A stretch of DNA of 63,201 nt, the filler included, from Licmophora abbreviata (lineage: Eukaryota): the NCBI GenBank assembly GCA_900291995.1. It is 19 parts of 19 records of this genome, joined end to end, with 100 filler letters (N's around TTAATTAATTAA, not from the genome) between each part and the next. Parts side by side here need not be neighbours in the genome. Positions count along the whole stretch, not along the records: positions 1 to 1,017 come from OLMU01003860.1; positions 1,118 to 2,524 come from OLMU01003861.1; positions 2,625 to 5,880 come from OLMU01003863.1; positions 5,981 to 8,267 come from OLMU01003864.1; positions 8,368 to 11,303 come from OLMU01003865.1; 14 more parts are not named here. One strand, 5' to 3'. Both the position numbers and the translations under genes were made by a program. Positions 1-11,147 of this stretch are shown one piece after another. The first letter of the stretch is position 1. Each line of letters starts with the position of its first letter. The notes beneath the pieces were generated by a model. That model saw only the letters and a program-made list of their open reading frames with translations. It ran no database searches and had not been told where the DNA came from.

Positions 1-171
1 TTTACCCTGATCGGGCTGCTGATGGTGTTGCAGCTGGTGTTCGGTTTACTGTTTGGTGCGAACAGCACCTGGGTCGCCGATGTGGCGGGCTTCGCGTCAG
101 GCTTCGTGCTGTCATTTTTCCTGGCGCCGGGGGGCTGGGCCAAGATCCGCGCCAAGATCAGGCATCGCTGA
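1..171 (+). CDS. 3' end of a membrane protein, probably a rhomboid-family intramembrane protease (partial)
   Basis: Frame 1 reads FTLIGLLMVLQLVFGLLFGANSTWVADVAGFASGFVLSFFLAPGGWAKIRAKIRHR*. It is hydrophobic and converges on murJ. Confidence 0.55.
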   Translation, partial: FTLIGLLMVLQLVFGLLFGANSTWVADVAGFASGFVLSFFLAPGGWAKIRAKIRHR

Positions 172-175
172 ACCC

Positions 176-1858
176 TCAGCGGCGGAATGCTTGCCGGAAC
201 TCGGACAGGCGAAAGGCGCCGATCAGGTGGCCGATGCCGAAATAGCTGATGATCCCTGCGAGGATCATGAAAACAAGGGCGATCCAGCGCACACCCGACA
301 TGCCGAACATCGGCAGAAGAAGCAGGTTCACCCCCCAGATCACTGCGCCCATCGCAACAGAGGCCAGCCCGATGCGCCAGACGCGGCGGCGGAAACGGTC
401 GTCGACGCGGGCCACGTCGCCAAAGGGGCGCGCGCCGCGAAACAAGAGCCAGACCATGACCCAACCAGCGATCGTGGTGGCGATGGCGGCCGCGATCCAG
501 CCGATCACGAAGGCAAGGCCAACGGCGAGAGCCGCATTCACGATCATGGCCACAACGGCATAGCGGAAAGGGCTTTTGGTGTCTTCGCGGGCGAAGAAAA
601 GCGGTTGCAGGATCTTTTGCAGAACGAAGGCCGGAAGCCCCAGCCCGTAGATCGCCACGGCAAGTGCGGTGGCGGCGGTGTCGTCGGTGGTGAAGGCGCC
701 ACGCTCGAACAGGACCGAGACCAGGGGCAGCGGCACAGCGACAAGGGCGACCGCGCAAGGCACTGTAAGGGCGAGGGAAATTTCGGCCGCGCGGGAATAA
801 GCCTCGCGCGCGCCGGACTGGTCATCGACCTTGAGACGGCGCGACAGATCGGGCAGCAGAACGATGCCCACGGCGATCCCCACCACGCCAAGCGGAAGCT
901 GATAGAGCCGGTCCGCGGAATAGAGCCAGCTGACCGCCTTGTCATAGTTCGAGGCGACCTGCTGGCCCACAAGGAGATTGACCTGCATGACCCCGCCGGC
1001 AAGGGCTGCCGGGATGGNNNNNNNNNNNNNNNNNNNNNNNNNNNNNNNNNNNNNNNNNNNNTTAATTAATTAANNNNNNNNNNNNNNNNNNNNNNNNNNN
1101 NNNNNNNNNNNNNNNNNGAGATTGACCTGCATGACCCCGCCGGCAAGGGCTGCCGGGATGGCGATCCGGACGAGGCGGGCCATGTCGGGCGTCCATCTGG
1201 GGCGGGTCGGCAGGATGCGGAACCCGGCGCGGCGGGCGGCGTTCCAGACCAGTGCAAGCTGTGCTATGCCGGCAAAAGGTATAGTCCAAACAAGCGCTTG
1301 GGCGACGGCACCGCCGGTTTGGGCGGCGACAACCATGGCTGCCACCAGCATCACGTTCAGCAGCACCGGCGCGGCGGCGGCGGCGGCGAAGCGGCCTGCG
1401 GCGTTGAGCACGCCCGAGAACAGGGCGGCGAGGGAGATGAACAGGATATAGGGAAAGACGATGCGCCCGAACTCGACCGTGAGATCGAAGCGCGCGTCGC
1501 CTGCAAAGCCCTCGGCGGTGGCCCAGACCAGCGCGGGCATGAAGATCATCGACAGTCCGGTGAGCGTCAACAGCACAAGGGCAAGGCCGGACAGCGCCTG
1601 CGAAGCAAACTGTTCGTGGTCTTCATGGCCTTCGTACTTCTTTGAAAACATTGGAACAAATGCCGCGTTGAAGGCACCTTCGGCAAAGAAGCGGCGGAAC
1701 ATGTTGGGCAGGCGGAAGGCGGCGACGAATGCATCCATCAGCGCGCCGGGGCCAAGATAGTTGGCGATCAGCACGTCGCGTACGAAGCCCAGAACCCGGC
1801 TCAGAAGGGTCCAGCCGCTGACGGTCAGGACACCGGAAAGCAGGCGGACGGGTTTCAT
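176..1858 (-). CDS. murJ: Lipid II flippase MurJ (MviN), split by a contig linker
   Basis: N-terminus has SRVLGFVRD..AFRLPNMFRRFFAEGAF and the C-half has ADRLYQLPLG. The two contig ends overlap by 44 nt (974-1017 = 1118-1161). Confidence 0.95.
1018..1117. other. Artificial contig linker (44 N + TTAATTAATTAA + 44 N); first of 18
   Basis: Identical 100-nt spacers also start at 2525, 5881, 8268, 11304, 12852, 22708, 28671, 32049, 34795, 40381, 41680, 46193, 49482, 51103, 52329, 54736 and 59238. TTAATTAATTAA gives stops in all six frames. Confidence 0.98.
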
Positions 1859-1986
1859 GGTGGCGGGCCTCGGGTTGGGGCGGGTGGGGCAAGGAGTAGC
1901 CCATCGCAGGAAGGGGGGGAAGGGGGAGACGCGGCGCAGACGGGCGAATCAGGGTTAATCGCCTGAAAAGGCGGCAAAAAGCCGGT

Positions 1987-2041
1987 TCGGTATCACGTCG
2001 GTATAACGTCGGTATCGCGTCGGTGCGGGATCGGTCCGAAG
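1987..2041. repeat. Degenerate 11-bp tandem repeat (TCGGTATNRCG x3 plus 2 decayed copies)
   Basis: TCGGTATCACG TCGGTATAACG TCGGTATCGCG TCGGTGCGGGA TCGGTCCGAAG, lying between the sauT stop and the murJ start. Confidence 0.8.
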
Positions 2042-2132
2042 CGCCGGACGATCAGTGGTTAACGCATCGCGCGGCCCGAAGCGGGCCTGCGCGGAATGCA
2101 GGCCCGGCCGGGTCGGGTACACGCAAGCCCAA

Positions 2133-2706
2133 TCAGAGGATCTCGCAGAGTTTGCGGCGCTGGATCTTGCCCGAGGGTCCCTTGGGCAGTTCCGGCAGGA
2201 AATGCACCCGGTCGGGGGATTTGAAGCCCCCCAGCTTGCTGGTGCAGATCGCGATCAGATCGGTCTCGGAGAGGGTTGAGCCCTGACGGATCGCGACCGC
2301 CGCTTCGACGCGTTCGCCATAGCGGTCACAAGGGCGCGCGAAGGCGGCGGCCTCGATGATGTCGGGATGGGAATAGAGCGCCTCGTCGACTTCGCGGGGG
2401 GCGATGTTTTCGCCGCCCTTGATGATCAGCTCCTTGAGGCGGCCGGTGACGAAGAAATAGCCATCCTTGTCCTGCCGCCCCAGATCGCCGGTGCGCAGCC
2501 AGCCATCGGGGGTGAAGGTATCGGNNNNNNNNNNNNNNNNNNNNNNNNNNNNNNNNNNNNNNNNNNNNTTAATTAATTAANNNNNNNNNNNNNNNNNNNN
2601 NNNNNNNNNNNNNNNNNNNNNNNNAGGCGGTGCCGCCTGTCTGTGCGCGGGCGTCGATCCAGTCTCGGACCGTGCCGGCGGGCGGGACGGTACGGGACAG
2701 GATCAT
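2133..2706 (-). CDS. sauT: AMP-dependent acyl-CoA ligase, probable sulfoacetate-CoA ligase (middle missing in gap)
   Basis: C-terminal fragment 2133-2524 has GWLRTGDLG..GRLKELIIKGGENI..ELPKGPSGKIQRRKL. N-terminal fragment 2625-2706 starts in an ATGA overlap with the sauS stop. Confidence 0.7.
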
Positions 2707-4112
2707 TTTCCCGCATCCGCCCAGTAATCGGAGAAGATGTCTTCGACCGAGGGTTCGGCAGGGGTGATTTCGCGGACGATCTTGGTGGTCTGCATGAAAT
2801 GCCGCCAGTTCAGATTGTCGTCGATGGAGTTGCCGCCCCAGCTTCCGCAGCCCATCGACAGGGAAAAGGGCAGGCCGTTGTTGAAGGCGCCGCCGGTGGC
2901 GAAGCAATGCGCCTGATTGACGATGACGCGGCAGGTGGGGATCGTCTCGCCCAGATGGAGCGCGCGGTTTTCATCGGCGCTGTGCAGGCCGATGGAATGG
3001 CCGGCACCCTGATGTTCGAGGACGCGGCTGGCGATTTCGGCGGCGTCCGAGAAATCGGCGGCGCGATAGAGCGCGACCACACGGCTGAGCTTTTCGCCCG
3101 AGAGCGGGTGGTCCGGGCCGATGCCCTTGGTTTCGACGGCGAGGAATTGCGTTTCGGCGGGCACCTGCCCGGTCAGGCCGAGCGCGTCGATCATCACGTC
3201 GGCGTCCTGAGCGATGACCGAGCGATTGAGCTTACCGTCGGGCCAGAGCCGTTCGACGATCTGTGCCTCGCCGCTTTCGGGGATCAGCGCGCCGCCGTAC
3301 CGGGCCATGGCGGCGACAAAGGCGTCATAGATCGCGTCGACCACGACCAGAGCGTTTTCCGACGAACAGGATGTGGCGTTGTCGAAGGTCTTGGAGGCGG
3401 CGATCTTTTGCGCGGCGGCGTCGAGATCGGCGGTGTCGTCGACGATCACGGTGACGTTGCCTGCGCCCACGCCGATCGCGGGGGTGCCGCAGGTATAGGC
3501 GCGGCGCACATTGTCCTGACTGCCGGTCACGACCACCAGATCGGATTGCTCCAGCATCCGCTGGGTTTTATCCTTCGATCCGGGGGGCGGAACCATCTGC
3601 ACGAGGTCATGATCCAGCCCGATCTTGTCGAATTCGGCATGGATGAAGCCGAGAAGCATCTCGCAGGCGGGAACCCCCTTGGGCGAGGGCGACAGCACGA
3701 TGGCGTTACCGCATTTGAGGGCGTTGATGATGTTGTTGGCCGGGGTCGCGGCGGGATTGGTCGAGGGCACCACGGCGCCGATCACCCCGATGGGGCGGGC
3801 GATCTCGGTGATGCCGGTGGCGGGATCGTCCGAGACGATGCCATGGGTTTTGGCGGTGGCGATATCGCGCATCAGGCCAAGCGTCTTGCGGTGGTTCTTG
3901 GTGATCTTGTCGGGCACGTTGCCGAGACCGGTGGTCTTGACCGACAGTTCCGCCAGGGCGCGGTTGCGGCCGGGCTCCATGATCGCCCATGCGGCGGCCT
4001 GTGCGGCGCGGTCATAGCGCTCCTGGGTGGCGCCGTCCTCGAAGGCGGCCTGGGCTGCGCGGGCGCGATCCATGATGCGGTCCACGGCGGTGATGTCTTG
4101 ATGCGCGTTCAT
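2703..4112 (-). CDS. sauS: CoA-acylating aldehyde dehydrogenase, probable sulfoacetaldehyde dehydrogenase
   Basis: Acylating-ALDH motifs VVPSTNP, GVGAGN, SKTFDNATSCSSEN and SLSMGCGSWGGN. Directly upstream of a CoA ligase. Confidence 0.8.
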   Translation of the reverse strand: MNAHQDITAVDRIMDRARAAQAAFEDGATQERYDRAAQAAAWAIMEPGRNRALAELSVKTTGLGNVPDKITKNHRKTLGLMRDIATAKTHGIVSDDPATGITEIARPIGVIGAVVPSTNPAATPANNIINALKCGNAIVLSPSPKGVPACEMLLGFIHAEFDKIGLDHDLVQMVPPPGSKDKTQRMLEQSDLVVVTGSQDNVRRAYTCGTPAIGVGAGNVTVIVDDTADLDAAAQKIAASKTFDNATSCSSENALVVVDAIYDAFVAAMARYGGALIPESGEAQIVERLWPDGKLNRSVIAQDADVMIDALGLTGQVPAETQFLAVETKGIGPDHPLSGEKLSRVVALYRAADFSDAAEIASRVLEHQGAGHSIGLHSADENRALHLGETIPTCRVIVNQAHCFATGGAFNNGLPFSLSMGCGSWGGNSIDDNLNWRHFMQTTKIVREITPAEPSVEDIFSDYWADAGK

Positions 4113-4127
4113 AACGGTCTTTCCTTG

Positions 4128-4161
4128 GTAGGGTGGACAGGGCGGGCGGTCCGCCCTGTCC
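4128..4161. repeat. REP-like intercistronic palindrome
   Basis: GTAG at 4128, then GGACAGGGCGG-gcggt-CCGCCCTGTCC (11-bp perfect stem), between the binding-protein gene and sauS. Confidence 0.6.
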
Positions 4162-4189
4162 GGTGGGTTTTGCGTGAGTGGTGCAGGGG

Positions 4190-5149
4190 TCAGAGACCTG
4201 CGAGCAGTTTTTCGAGTGTTGCCTGACGGGCTTTCCACATCTTGATCACCTCGTCGCGGCCCATGATCTTCATCGGCGAGCCGCCGGCTTCCATCTTGCT
4301 TTGGACCTGCTTGCTTTCGAACATGGCGGGGACGGTCGCGGCCAGTTTGTCGATCACCTCTTGCGGGGTGCCCTTGGGCACCATGACGCCGCGGAAGTTC
4401 ACGCTGGCGTTGTCGATGTCGTAGCCCTGTTCCATCATGGTCGGCACGTCGGGCAGGAACGAGCTGCGCTCGAGGTCGAACACGCCGAGGATCTTGACGT
4501 TGCCCGCAGCCGCGGCGCGGAACGCGTCGGAGAGGTTGTTGACCCCGCCCAGCACGTCGCCGGCGATCACGGCTTTCATGGCGCCGGCGCCGCCCTGATT
4601 ATTCGGGATATAGGCCAGTTTCACGCCTGCGGCCTGTTCAAGCTGCAGCGCCGCGATGTGGTGACCCACGAAGAGGCCCGCGCCCGAGAAGGTCAGCTTG
4701 CCGGGGTTTTCCTTGGCGTAGGCCACGACATCGGCCATCGAGTTGAAGTCGCTGTCGGCGCCGACGACGAAGACCGCCGGGTCAGCGCCCCAGTTGGCGA
4801 TCGGCTCGAAGCTGTCGATGGAGTATTCCACGCCGCCTTCGATCGACTGAGCGATGAAATGGGGCACGTTGTAGGCGCCAAGCGTGTAGCCATCGGCCTC
4901 GGCCTGCGTGGCGAGCCAGTTCCAGCCCACACGACCGCCCGCGCCGGGCTTGTTGACGATGGCGATGGGCTGCCCGAGGGCATCCTCGTTGCCCGCCGTC
5001 ATGGTGGCGATGCGCGCCTGGAAATCGGTCGCGCCGCCTGCGCCGTAGCTGACCATCAGCATCAGCGGACGTTCGGGGTAATCCTGTGCCACTGCGGGTG
5101 CTGCGGCCAGTGCGAGGGCCGTTGCGACCCCTGTCAGTAGTTTTCTCAT
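4190..5149 (-). CDS. tctC: Tripartite tricarboxylate transporter substrate-binding protein (TctC/Bug)
   Basis: Signal peptide, YPERP..YGAGGATD..NKPGAGG and PDVPT motifs. Confidence 0.9.
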   Translation of the reverse strand: MRKLLTGVATALALAAAPAVAQDYPERPLMLMVSYGAGGATDFQARIATMTAGNEDALGQPIAIVNKPGAGGRVGWNWLATQAEADGYTLGAYNVPHFIAQSIEGGVEYSIDSFEPIANWGADPAVFVVGADSDFNSMADVVAYAKENPGKLTFSGAGLFVGHHIAALQLEQAAGVKLAYIPNNQGGAGAMKAVIAGDVLGGVNNLSDAFRAAAAGNVKILGVFDLERSSFLPDVPTMMEQGYDIDNASVNFRGVMVPKGTPQEVIDKLAATVPAMFESKQVQSKMEAGGSPMKIMGRDEVIKMWKARQATLEKLLAGL

Positions 5150-5195
5150 CTTGGTTTTCCTCCCTTGGATGACGTTTGAACCGGTTTCACCCGGC

Positions 5196-5654
5196 TTATT
5201 GAAACAGCGCTTCTTTTGGCGTGAATACGCTGAGCACATGGGCGAAGAGGCCATACATGACGGCCACGAAGCCCACGGTAATGATGATCCGCTTGATCCA
5301 GCTGCGCATCTCGGAATGAGGGTTGGGATCGTAGATCGACAGCAGGATGAAAAAGACGATGGCTGAGGCGGTGTAGAATCCGAGCGCCTTGGCCGCCCAG
5401 AACACGTAGATCAGTAGCACGATAAGACCCGGCAGGATGTTGACGATGATCCTGCGGCTGATGCCGTCGCCCGCCCGCGACCAGCCCAAGAGGGCCTTTG
5501 CGAAGGTCCAGAGCGCCAGGGCGACGAACACGGTTGAGATCAGACGCGGGAACAGGAATGCCTGTGCCGGTTGCTGGGTGTAGCTGATGAAGCAGATCCA
5601 GATACCGGCCAGGGCGACGAGCCCCGAGGGAATGATGTGTTGCCAACGGCTCAT
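5196..5654 (-). CDS. tctB: Tripartite tricarboxylate transporter small subunit TctB
   Basis: 152-aa multi-TM protein located between tctA and tctC. Confidence 0.85.
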   Translation of the reverse strand: MSRWQHIIPSGLVALAGIWICFISYTQQPAQAFLFPRLISTVFVALALWTFAKALLGWSRAGDGISRRIIVNILPGLIVLLIYVFWAAKALGFYTASAIVFFILLSIYDPNPHSEMRSWIKRIIITVGFVAVMYGLFAHVLSVFTPKEALFQ

Positions 5655-7200
5655 GCGCGGGCCTCCTTGTCCTTGCGATCGAGCTTGCGCTGCCGGATTT
5701 CCATCCAGACCGAGTAGACCACGGATGCCGCGACGATGAAGATCAGCGTGAGGTTCAGCGCGCCCGAGAAGAAATAGGGCAGGCGGCCGGTGGTGGCGTC
5801 GGCGATCATCGCGCCCTGGATGAAGTTGGCTTCCGCGATCGGGCCGAGGATCAGGCCGAGCACCAGGGGGCGGCCACGAANNNNNNNNNNNNNNNNNNNN
5901 NNNNNNNNNNNNNNNNNNNNNNNNTTAATTAATTAANNNNNNNNNNNNNNNNNNNNNNNNNNNNNNNNNNNNNNNNNNNNGAGTTCTGCACCGAATAGGA
6001 GCCGAACACCGCGAGACCCAGCACGATCGCGGCCATGACCGATTGCGGCACCTGCGCCACCCGCGCGGCGAAGCCCGCGACATAGAGACCGAAGATGCAC
6101 ATCAGGATCTGTCCGATCAGCATGGAGTTGATGAAGGTCCAGGCCACGTCGGGGTGATTGTCGAAGAGATCCGAGCCCGGGAAGATCCCGTGGATCAAAA
6201 GCCCGCCCAGAAGCACGGCGGCGGTGGGGCTGCCGGGGACCGACAGGGTCAGGAGCGGCACCAGCGACGGGCCGACCATGGCGTTGTTCGCGCTTTCGGC
6301 GGCGATCACGCCTTCGGAATGGCCGGTGCCGAATTTCTTGCGGTCAGGGCTGAATTTCTTGGCCTGATCATAGGCCACGAGTCCGGCGATCTGCCCGCCC
6401 ACACCGGGGATCAGGCCGATGAAGGCACCAATGCCCGTGCCGATTGTAAGAGACCGGCTGCGGCGAAAGGTTTCGCGCATGGCGGCGCCGATCGGGTGGC
6501 GCTGAACCTTCAGCACCTCGGCGTCGGGGGCTTTGCGCCCTTGCGCGAACATGGTCATCACCTGCGGAATGGCAAAGAGGCCGATCAGTGCCGGGATGAT
6601 GTTGATGCCGCCCGAAAGCTCGGGGTGGAAGATGAAGCGCTGTGCGCCCATGATGTCGTCAAAGCCGATGGTGGCCAGCCACATGCCGATGCAGCCCGAC
6701 AAAAGCCCCTTGACGACCGAGTTGCTGTCCAGCGTACCGATCACCGTCACCCCGAGGATCGCCAGCCAGAACAGATGCGACGGCCCGAAAGCCAGCGCCC
6801 ATTTCGACAGGGCCGGGGTCAGGAAAATCAGCAGCATAACCCCGAACACCCCGCCGATGGCCGACGAGATGAACGACAGTTGCAGCGCCTCGGCGCCACG
6901 GCCCTGAGTGGCCATGGTATGGCCGTCGAGCGTGGTGGCGATATTGGCCGGCGCACCGGGGATCTTGAGCAGAATGGCACTGACCGCGCCGCCGGCGACG
7001 GTAGATGTATAGGCAGCCCCCAGAAGGATCAGGCCCTGTGCCGGTTCCAGTTGAAAGGTGAACGGAATGAGCAGCGCCACCGCCATGGTGGGCGACAGGC
7101 CCGGCGTGGCCCCGAGGATGAGACCGCCGATTGTTCCGATCAACAAAAGCATGAACGAGATCGGCTGAAAGACCTCGTCGAAATATCCGATGAATTCCAA
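5651..7200 (-). CDS. tctA: Tripartite tricarboxylate transporter permease TctA (split by linker)
   Basis: Motifs GATPGLS, IPGAPANIAT, AESANNA and LSVPGS; C-terminal LGLILGPIAE. TTG start preceded by a GGAGGGG RBS. Confidence 0.9.
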
Positions 7201-7272
7201 GAAGTGCCCCTCCCTTGGCTCTTCCCGCCGCTATGGGCGTTTGACAGTTTAGGCTAGAAGATGAAAATAGTA

Positions 7273-7288
7273 ATGCAAATGTTTTCAT
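7273..7288. promoter_or_regulatory. Putative LacI-family operator
   Basis: Imperfect palindrome ATGCAAAT-GTTTTCAT resembling TGWAANCGNTTWCA, in the divergent tctA/lacI spacer. TTGACA lies at 7241. Confidence 0.55.
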
Positions 7289-7312
7289 AAAATGCCGGAA
7301 AATTCGCCTTAA

Positions 7313-8267
7313 ATGAGTGATATAAAAATAAAAAAGGCAGATATTGTGGCTGTGGCGAACGCGGCGAAAGTGTCGCCTTCGACGGTGTCGCGTGCGTTCA
7401 ACCACCCTGATCTGGTCAACCCTGCGACCCGCAAGAGAATCAATCGCGCGGTCGAAAAACTGGGCTATATCCGCAACCGTGCGGCACAGGCGATTCACGG
7501 GCGCAGGAATGCCACGATCGGGCTGATCGTGCCGACGATCAACCATGCGATCTTTGCCGAGGTGATCCAGAGTTTCTCGGATGCGATCGACGAGGCGGGG
7601 TTCACCTTGCTGATCGCCTCGCATGGCTATTCGCTCGAGCGGGAATACGACATGATCCGCAAGCTGATGGAACATCGCGTGGATGGAATCGCCCTTGTGG
7701 GGCTGGAGCATTCCGAGGCCACGTTCCGCCTGTTGCGCCAGCAGGACACGCCTTGCATCGCGATCTGGAACTATTCGGGGACGTCGGACATGCCCTGTGT
7801 CGGCGCCGACAACCGCGAGGCGGGGCGGCTGGCGGCACGGCATGTGCTGCAGGCGGGGCATCGCGATATCGGGCTGATCTTTCCAAGTATCGAGGGCAAT
7901 GACCGCGCCCGCCAGCGGCTTGAGGGAGCGATGGAGGAGATCCGCGCCCATGGCGTCGAGGTGCGCGACGCTGGCGGCAGGAATCGCCCTACAGCATCAC
8001 GCTGGCCAAACAGGCGGTACGCGGCATGCTGGACAGCGACCAGCGGCCCACGGCACTGGTCTGCGGCAATGACGTGATTGCGCAGGGCGCGATTTTCGGG
8101 GTGCAGAGCCGGGGGCTGTCGGTGCCGGGGGACGTGTCGGTGATCGGGATCGGGGATTTCAATGGCTCGCTCGACATGGAGCCGGGGCTGACCACGGTGC
8201 GCATCCCGGCCGAGGATATCGGCAAGGTGGCGGGCCAGAGACTGACCTCGCTGATCGTTTCGGAGAC
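7313..8267 (+). CDS. LacI-family regulator (1-nt frameshift near 7970; 3' end in gap)
   Basis: HTH DIVAVANAAKVSPSTVSRAFN. Adding one base at GACG^CTGG gives VRDxWRQESPYSITLAKQAVRGMLDSDQRPTALVCGND..LTTVRIP. Confidence 0.85.
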
Positions 8268-8367
8268 NNNNNNNNNNNNNNNNNNNNNNNNNNNNNNNNN
8301 NNNNNNNNNNNTTAATTAATTAANNNNNNNNNNNNNNNNNNNNNNNNNNNNNNNNNNNNNNNNNNNN

Positions 8368-11117
8368 GCGCCTTCGTAGATCGCGGTGCGCAGTTTCTTT
8401 TCGAGGGCTTTCTGCTTGGCCTCGGAATGGAATTTCAGGCCGAACATGTCCTTGACATAGAAGGTGTCGACCACCTGCTCGCCATATGTCGCGATCACGG
8501 CGGAGTTGATGTAGACATTGGCGTTGGCCAGTGTCCGCGTCAGATCATAGAGCAGGCCGGGGCGGTCGCGGGTGTCGACCTCGATGATGGTGTAGATTTC
8601 GGAGCCTTCGTTGTCGAAGGTGATATGGGTCGGCACCTTGAAGGCGCGTTCGCGTTTCTTGAGCTTGTCGCGCGAGCGGATTGCTTCGCCTGCGACCACA
8701 TCGCCCTTGAGGGTCTTGCGGATCATGTCGCGCAGGCGTTGCAGGCGCTCGGATTCATAGGGGCTGCCTTCGGCGTCCTGAATCCAGAAGGCGGCGGTGG
8801 CGAACCCGTCCTTGGAGGTATAGGTGCGGGCGTCCACCACATTGGCGCCGACGAGCGCCAGAGCACCGGCCAGCCGCGAGAAGATGCCGGGGTGATCGGC
8901 CAGAGCGAAACAGGCGCGGGTGGCGTCGCGGTCTTCGTCGATGGCAAGGTCGATGGCGATGTCGTTCTCGTCCAGATCGCGCAGAAGGCGGGCGAAGACC
9001 ACATGCGCCGTGACATGCAGACCCTGCCAATAGGGGGGATAATGGCGCGCGGTTTCGCGCTTGAGATCCTTGGTGGGCCAGTCGGACAATGCGTCGCGCA
9101 GATTGCGCTTGGCATCCGAGCCGCGCTGTTCGCGGTTGAGATCCTCGAGCCCGCCTTCCATGGCGCGGCGGGTCTGCCGATAGAGCGCCCGGATCAGCGA
9201 GGCTTTCCAGTTGTTCCAGGTGTTGGGGCCGACGCCGCGAATGTCGCACACGGTCAGCACACAGAGCAGATCGAGCCGTTCCTTGGTCTGCACCGCCTTG
9301 GCGAAGTCGCGCACGGTGCGCGGATCGGCGATGTCGCGCTTCTGGGCCATGTCGGACATCAGCAGGTGATAGCGCACCAGCCATTCGACGGTATCGACCT
9401 CCTTGGGCTTCAGGCCCAGACGGGGCGCCACTTTGCGGGCGATCTGCGCGCCGACGATCGAATGATCCTCGTCCCGGCCCTTGCCGATGTCATGCAGCAG
9501 AAGCGCCACATAGAGCACCTTGCGGTTGACGCCTTCCTTGAGGATCGAGGAGGACAGGGGCAGATCTTCGACCAGCTCGCCCCTCTCGATCTGTGCGAGG
9601 TTCGAGATGCACTGGATGGTGTGCTCGTCCACCGTATAGCTGTGATACATGTTGAACTGCATCAGGGCGACGATGGGTTCGAATTCGGGAATGAAGGCCG
9701 AAAGGACATCCAGCTCGTTCATCCGCCGCAGCGCGCGTTCGGGATTGCCGTGCTTCAGCAGCAGGTCGAGGAAGAGTTTCTGTGCGCCGGGATCGTTGCG
9801 CATATCCTCGTCGATCAGCTGAATATTGGCCGAGACGAGGCGCATCGCGTCGGGATGGATCAGAAGGCCGGTGCGCAGACCTTCCTCGAACAGCCGCAGG
9901 ATGTTGAGAGGGTCCGACAGAAACTGTTTTTCGTCGGTGATGGCCAGGCGTCCATGCACCTCTTCATAGCCATCCTTGAGCTTGCGCTTGCGCCGGAACA
10001 GGCGTTGCAGGATCGGTTCGGATTTGACATGCGCCGCTTCCAGCTTGGTCAGGAAGATGCGCGTCAGATCGCCCACGGCGGTGGCGTGGCGGAAATAATC
10101 CTGCATGAACACTTCGACCGCGCGGCGCCCGGACGTGTCGCAATAGCCCATGCGTTCGGCCACCTCGACTTGCAGATCGAAGGTCAGCTGATCGGTGGGG
10201 CGGCGCGTTATGAGGTGGATGTGGCAGCGCACCGCCCAGAGAAAGTTCTCGGCCTTGGCGAAAGTGTCCAGCTCTTCGGCGGTGAACATGCCCACGTCGA
10301 CAAGTTCGGCCACGCTGTCGACCCGGTGCAGATACTTGGCGATCCAGAACAGCGATTGCAGGTCGCGCAGACCGCCCTTGCCTTCTTTCACATTGGGTTC
10401 GACCATGTAGCGCTGGCCACCCTGCTTGCGGTGCCTCTCGTCGCGTTCTTCGAGTTTGGCTTCGATGAACTCACGTTCGGTGCCGTCGAAGAGCTCGTGC
10501 CAGAGGCGTTTGCGGAAGTGATCGGCCATCTGGCGATCCCCGGCCAGAAACCGGTTTTCGAGAAGCGCCGTGCGGATCGTGAAATCTTCGGCTCCGAGGC
10601 GCAGGCAGTCGCGAATCGTGCGGCTGGAATGACCGACCTTCAGTTTGAGGTCCCACAGGATGTAGAGCATCGATTCGATGACGCTTTCGGCCCAGGGGGT
10701 GATCTTGTAGGGGGTCAGGAACAGCAGATCGACATCGGATTGGGGGGCCATCTCGCCGCGGCCATAGCCGCCGACCGCGAAGACGGTGATGCGTTCGGAA
10801 TTGGTGGGGGTCGCCAACGGGTGCATATGGTTTATCGCCACGTCCAGCGCGGTCAGGATCACGCAATCGGTGAGCCAACTATAGGCGTGCACGGTGGGAC
10901 GCGCCGAAAACGGGTGTTCTGCGAAGGCATCGGCGATCACCTGGCGGCCATGGCCGAGCGCGTCTGACAGGACCGAGACGACGGCCTTGCGGATGGCCAT
11001 GTGATCGCGGCCCGCCAAGGCCAGCGCCTCGGTCAGACGGGCGTCGACCGAGGCGGTGTCGAAAATGTCCCGGGCCGGGCAGATCAGGTTGTCCGGCGTG
11101 GATACTGCGTCCTTCAT
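8368..11117 (-). CDS. glnD: PII uridylyltransferase/uridylyl-removing enzyme (last codons in gap)
   Basis: AVGGYGRGEMAPQSDVDL, EPNVKEGKGGLRD, an HD domain (LLHDIGKG) and two ACT domains. Confidence 0.97.
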
Positions 11118-11147
11118 GGCATCCTTTCGGCTGGCCCCTGGCCGCTC

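Noticed and set aside
974..1161. 44-nt direct repeat within murJ
   Set aside because: It is the overlap of two contig ends across the linker. Merging them restores one murJ frame.
7965..7975. Frameshift in the LacI regulator, with similar ones in rsmI (~12743) and the methyltransferase (~50420)
   Set aside because: Single-base indels recur across this low-quality draft with no other decay, so they are treated as errors. True inactivation of the LacI gene cannot be excluded without reads.
8427..10967. Long antisense ORFs (846 aa opposite glnD, 628 aa opposite ask, 527 aa opposite sauS and others)
   Set aside because: These are shadow ORFs caused by high-GC codon bias on the opposite strand of well-identified genes.
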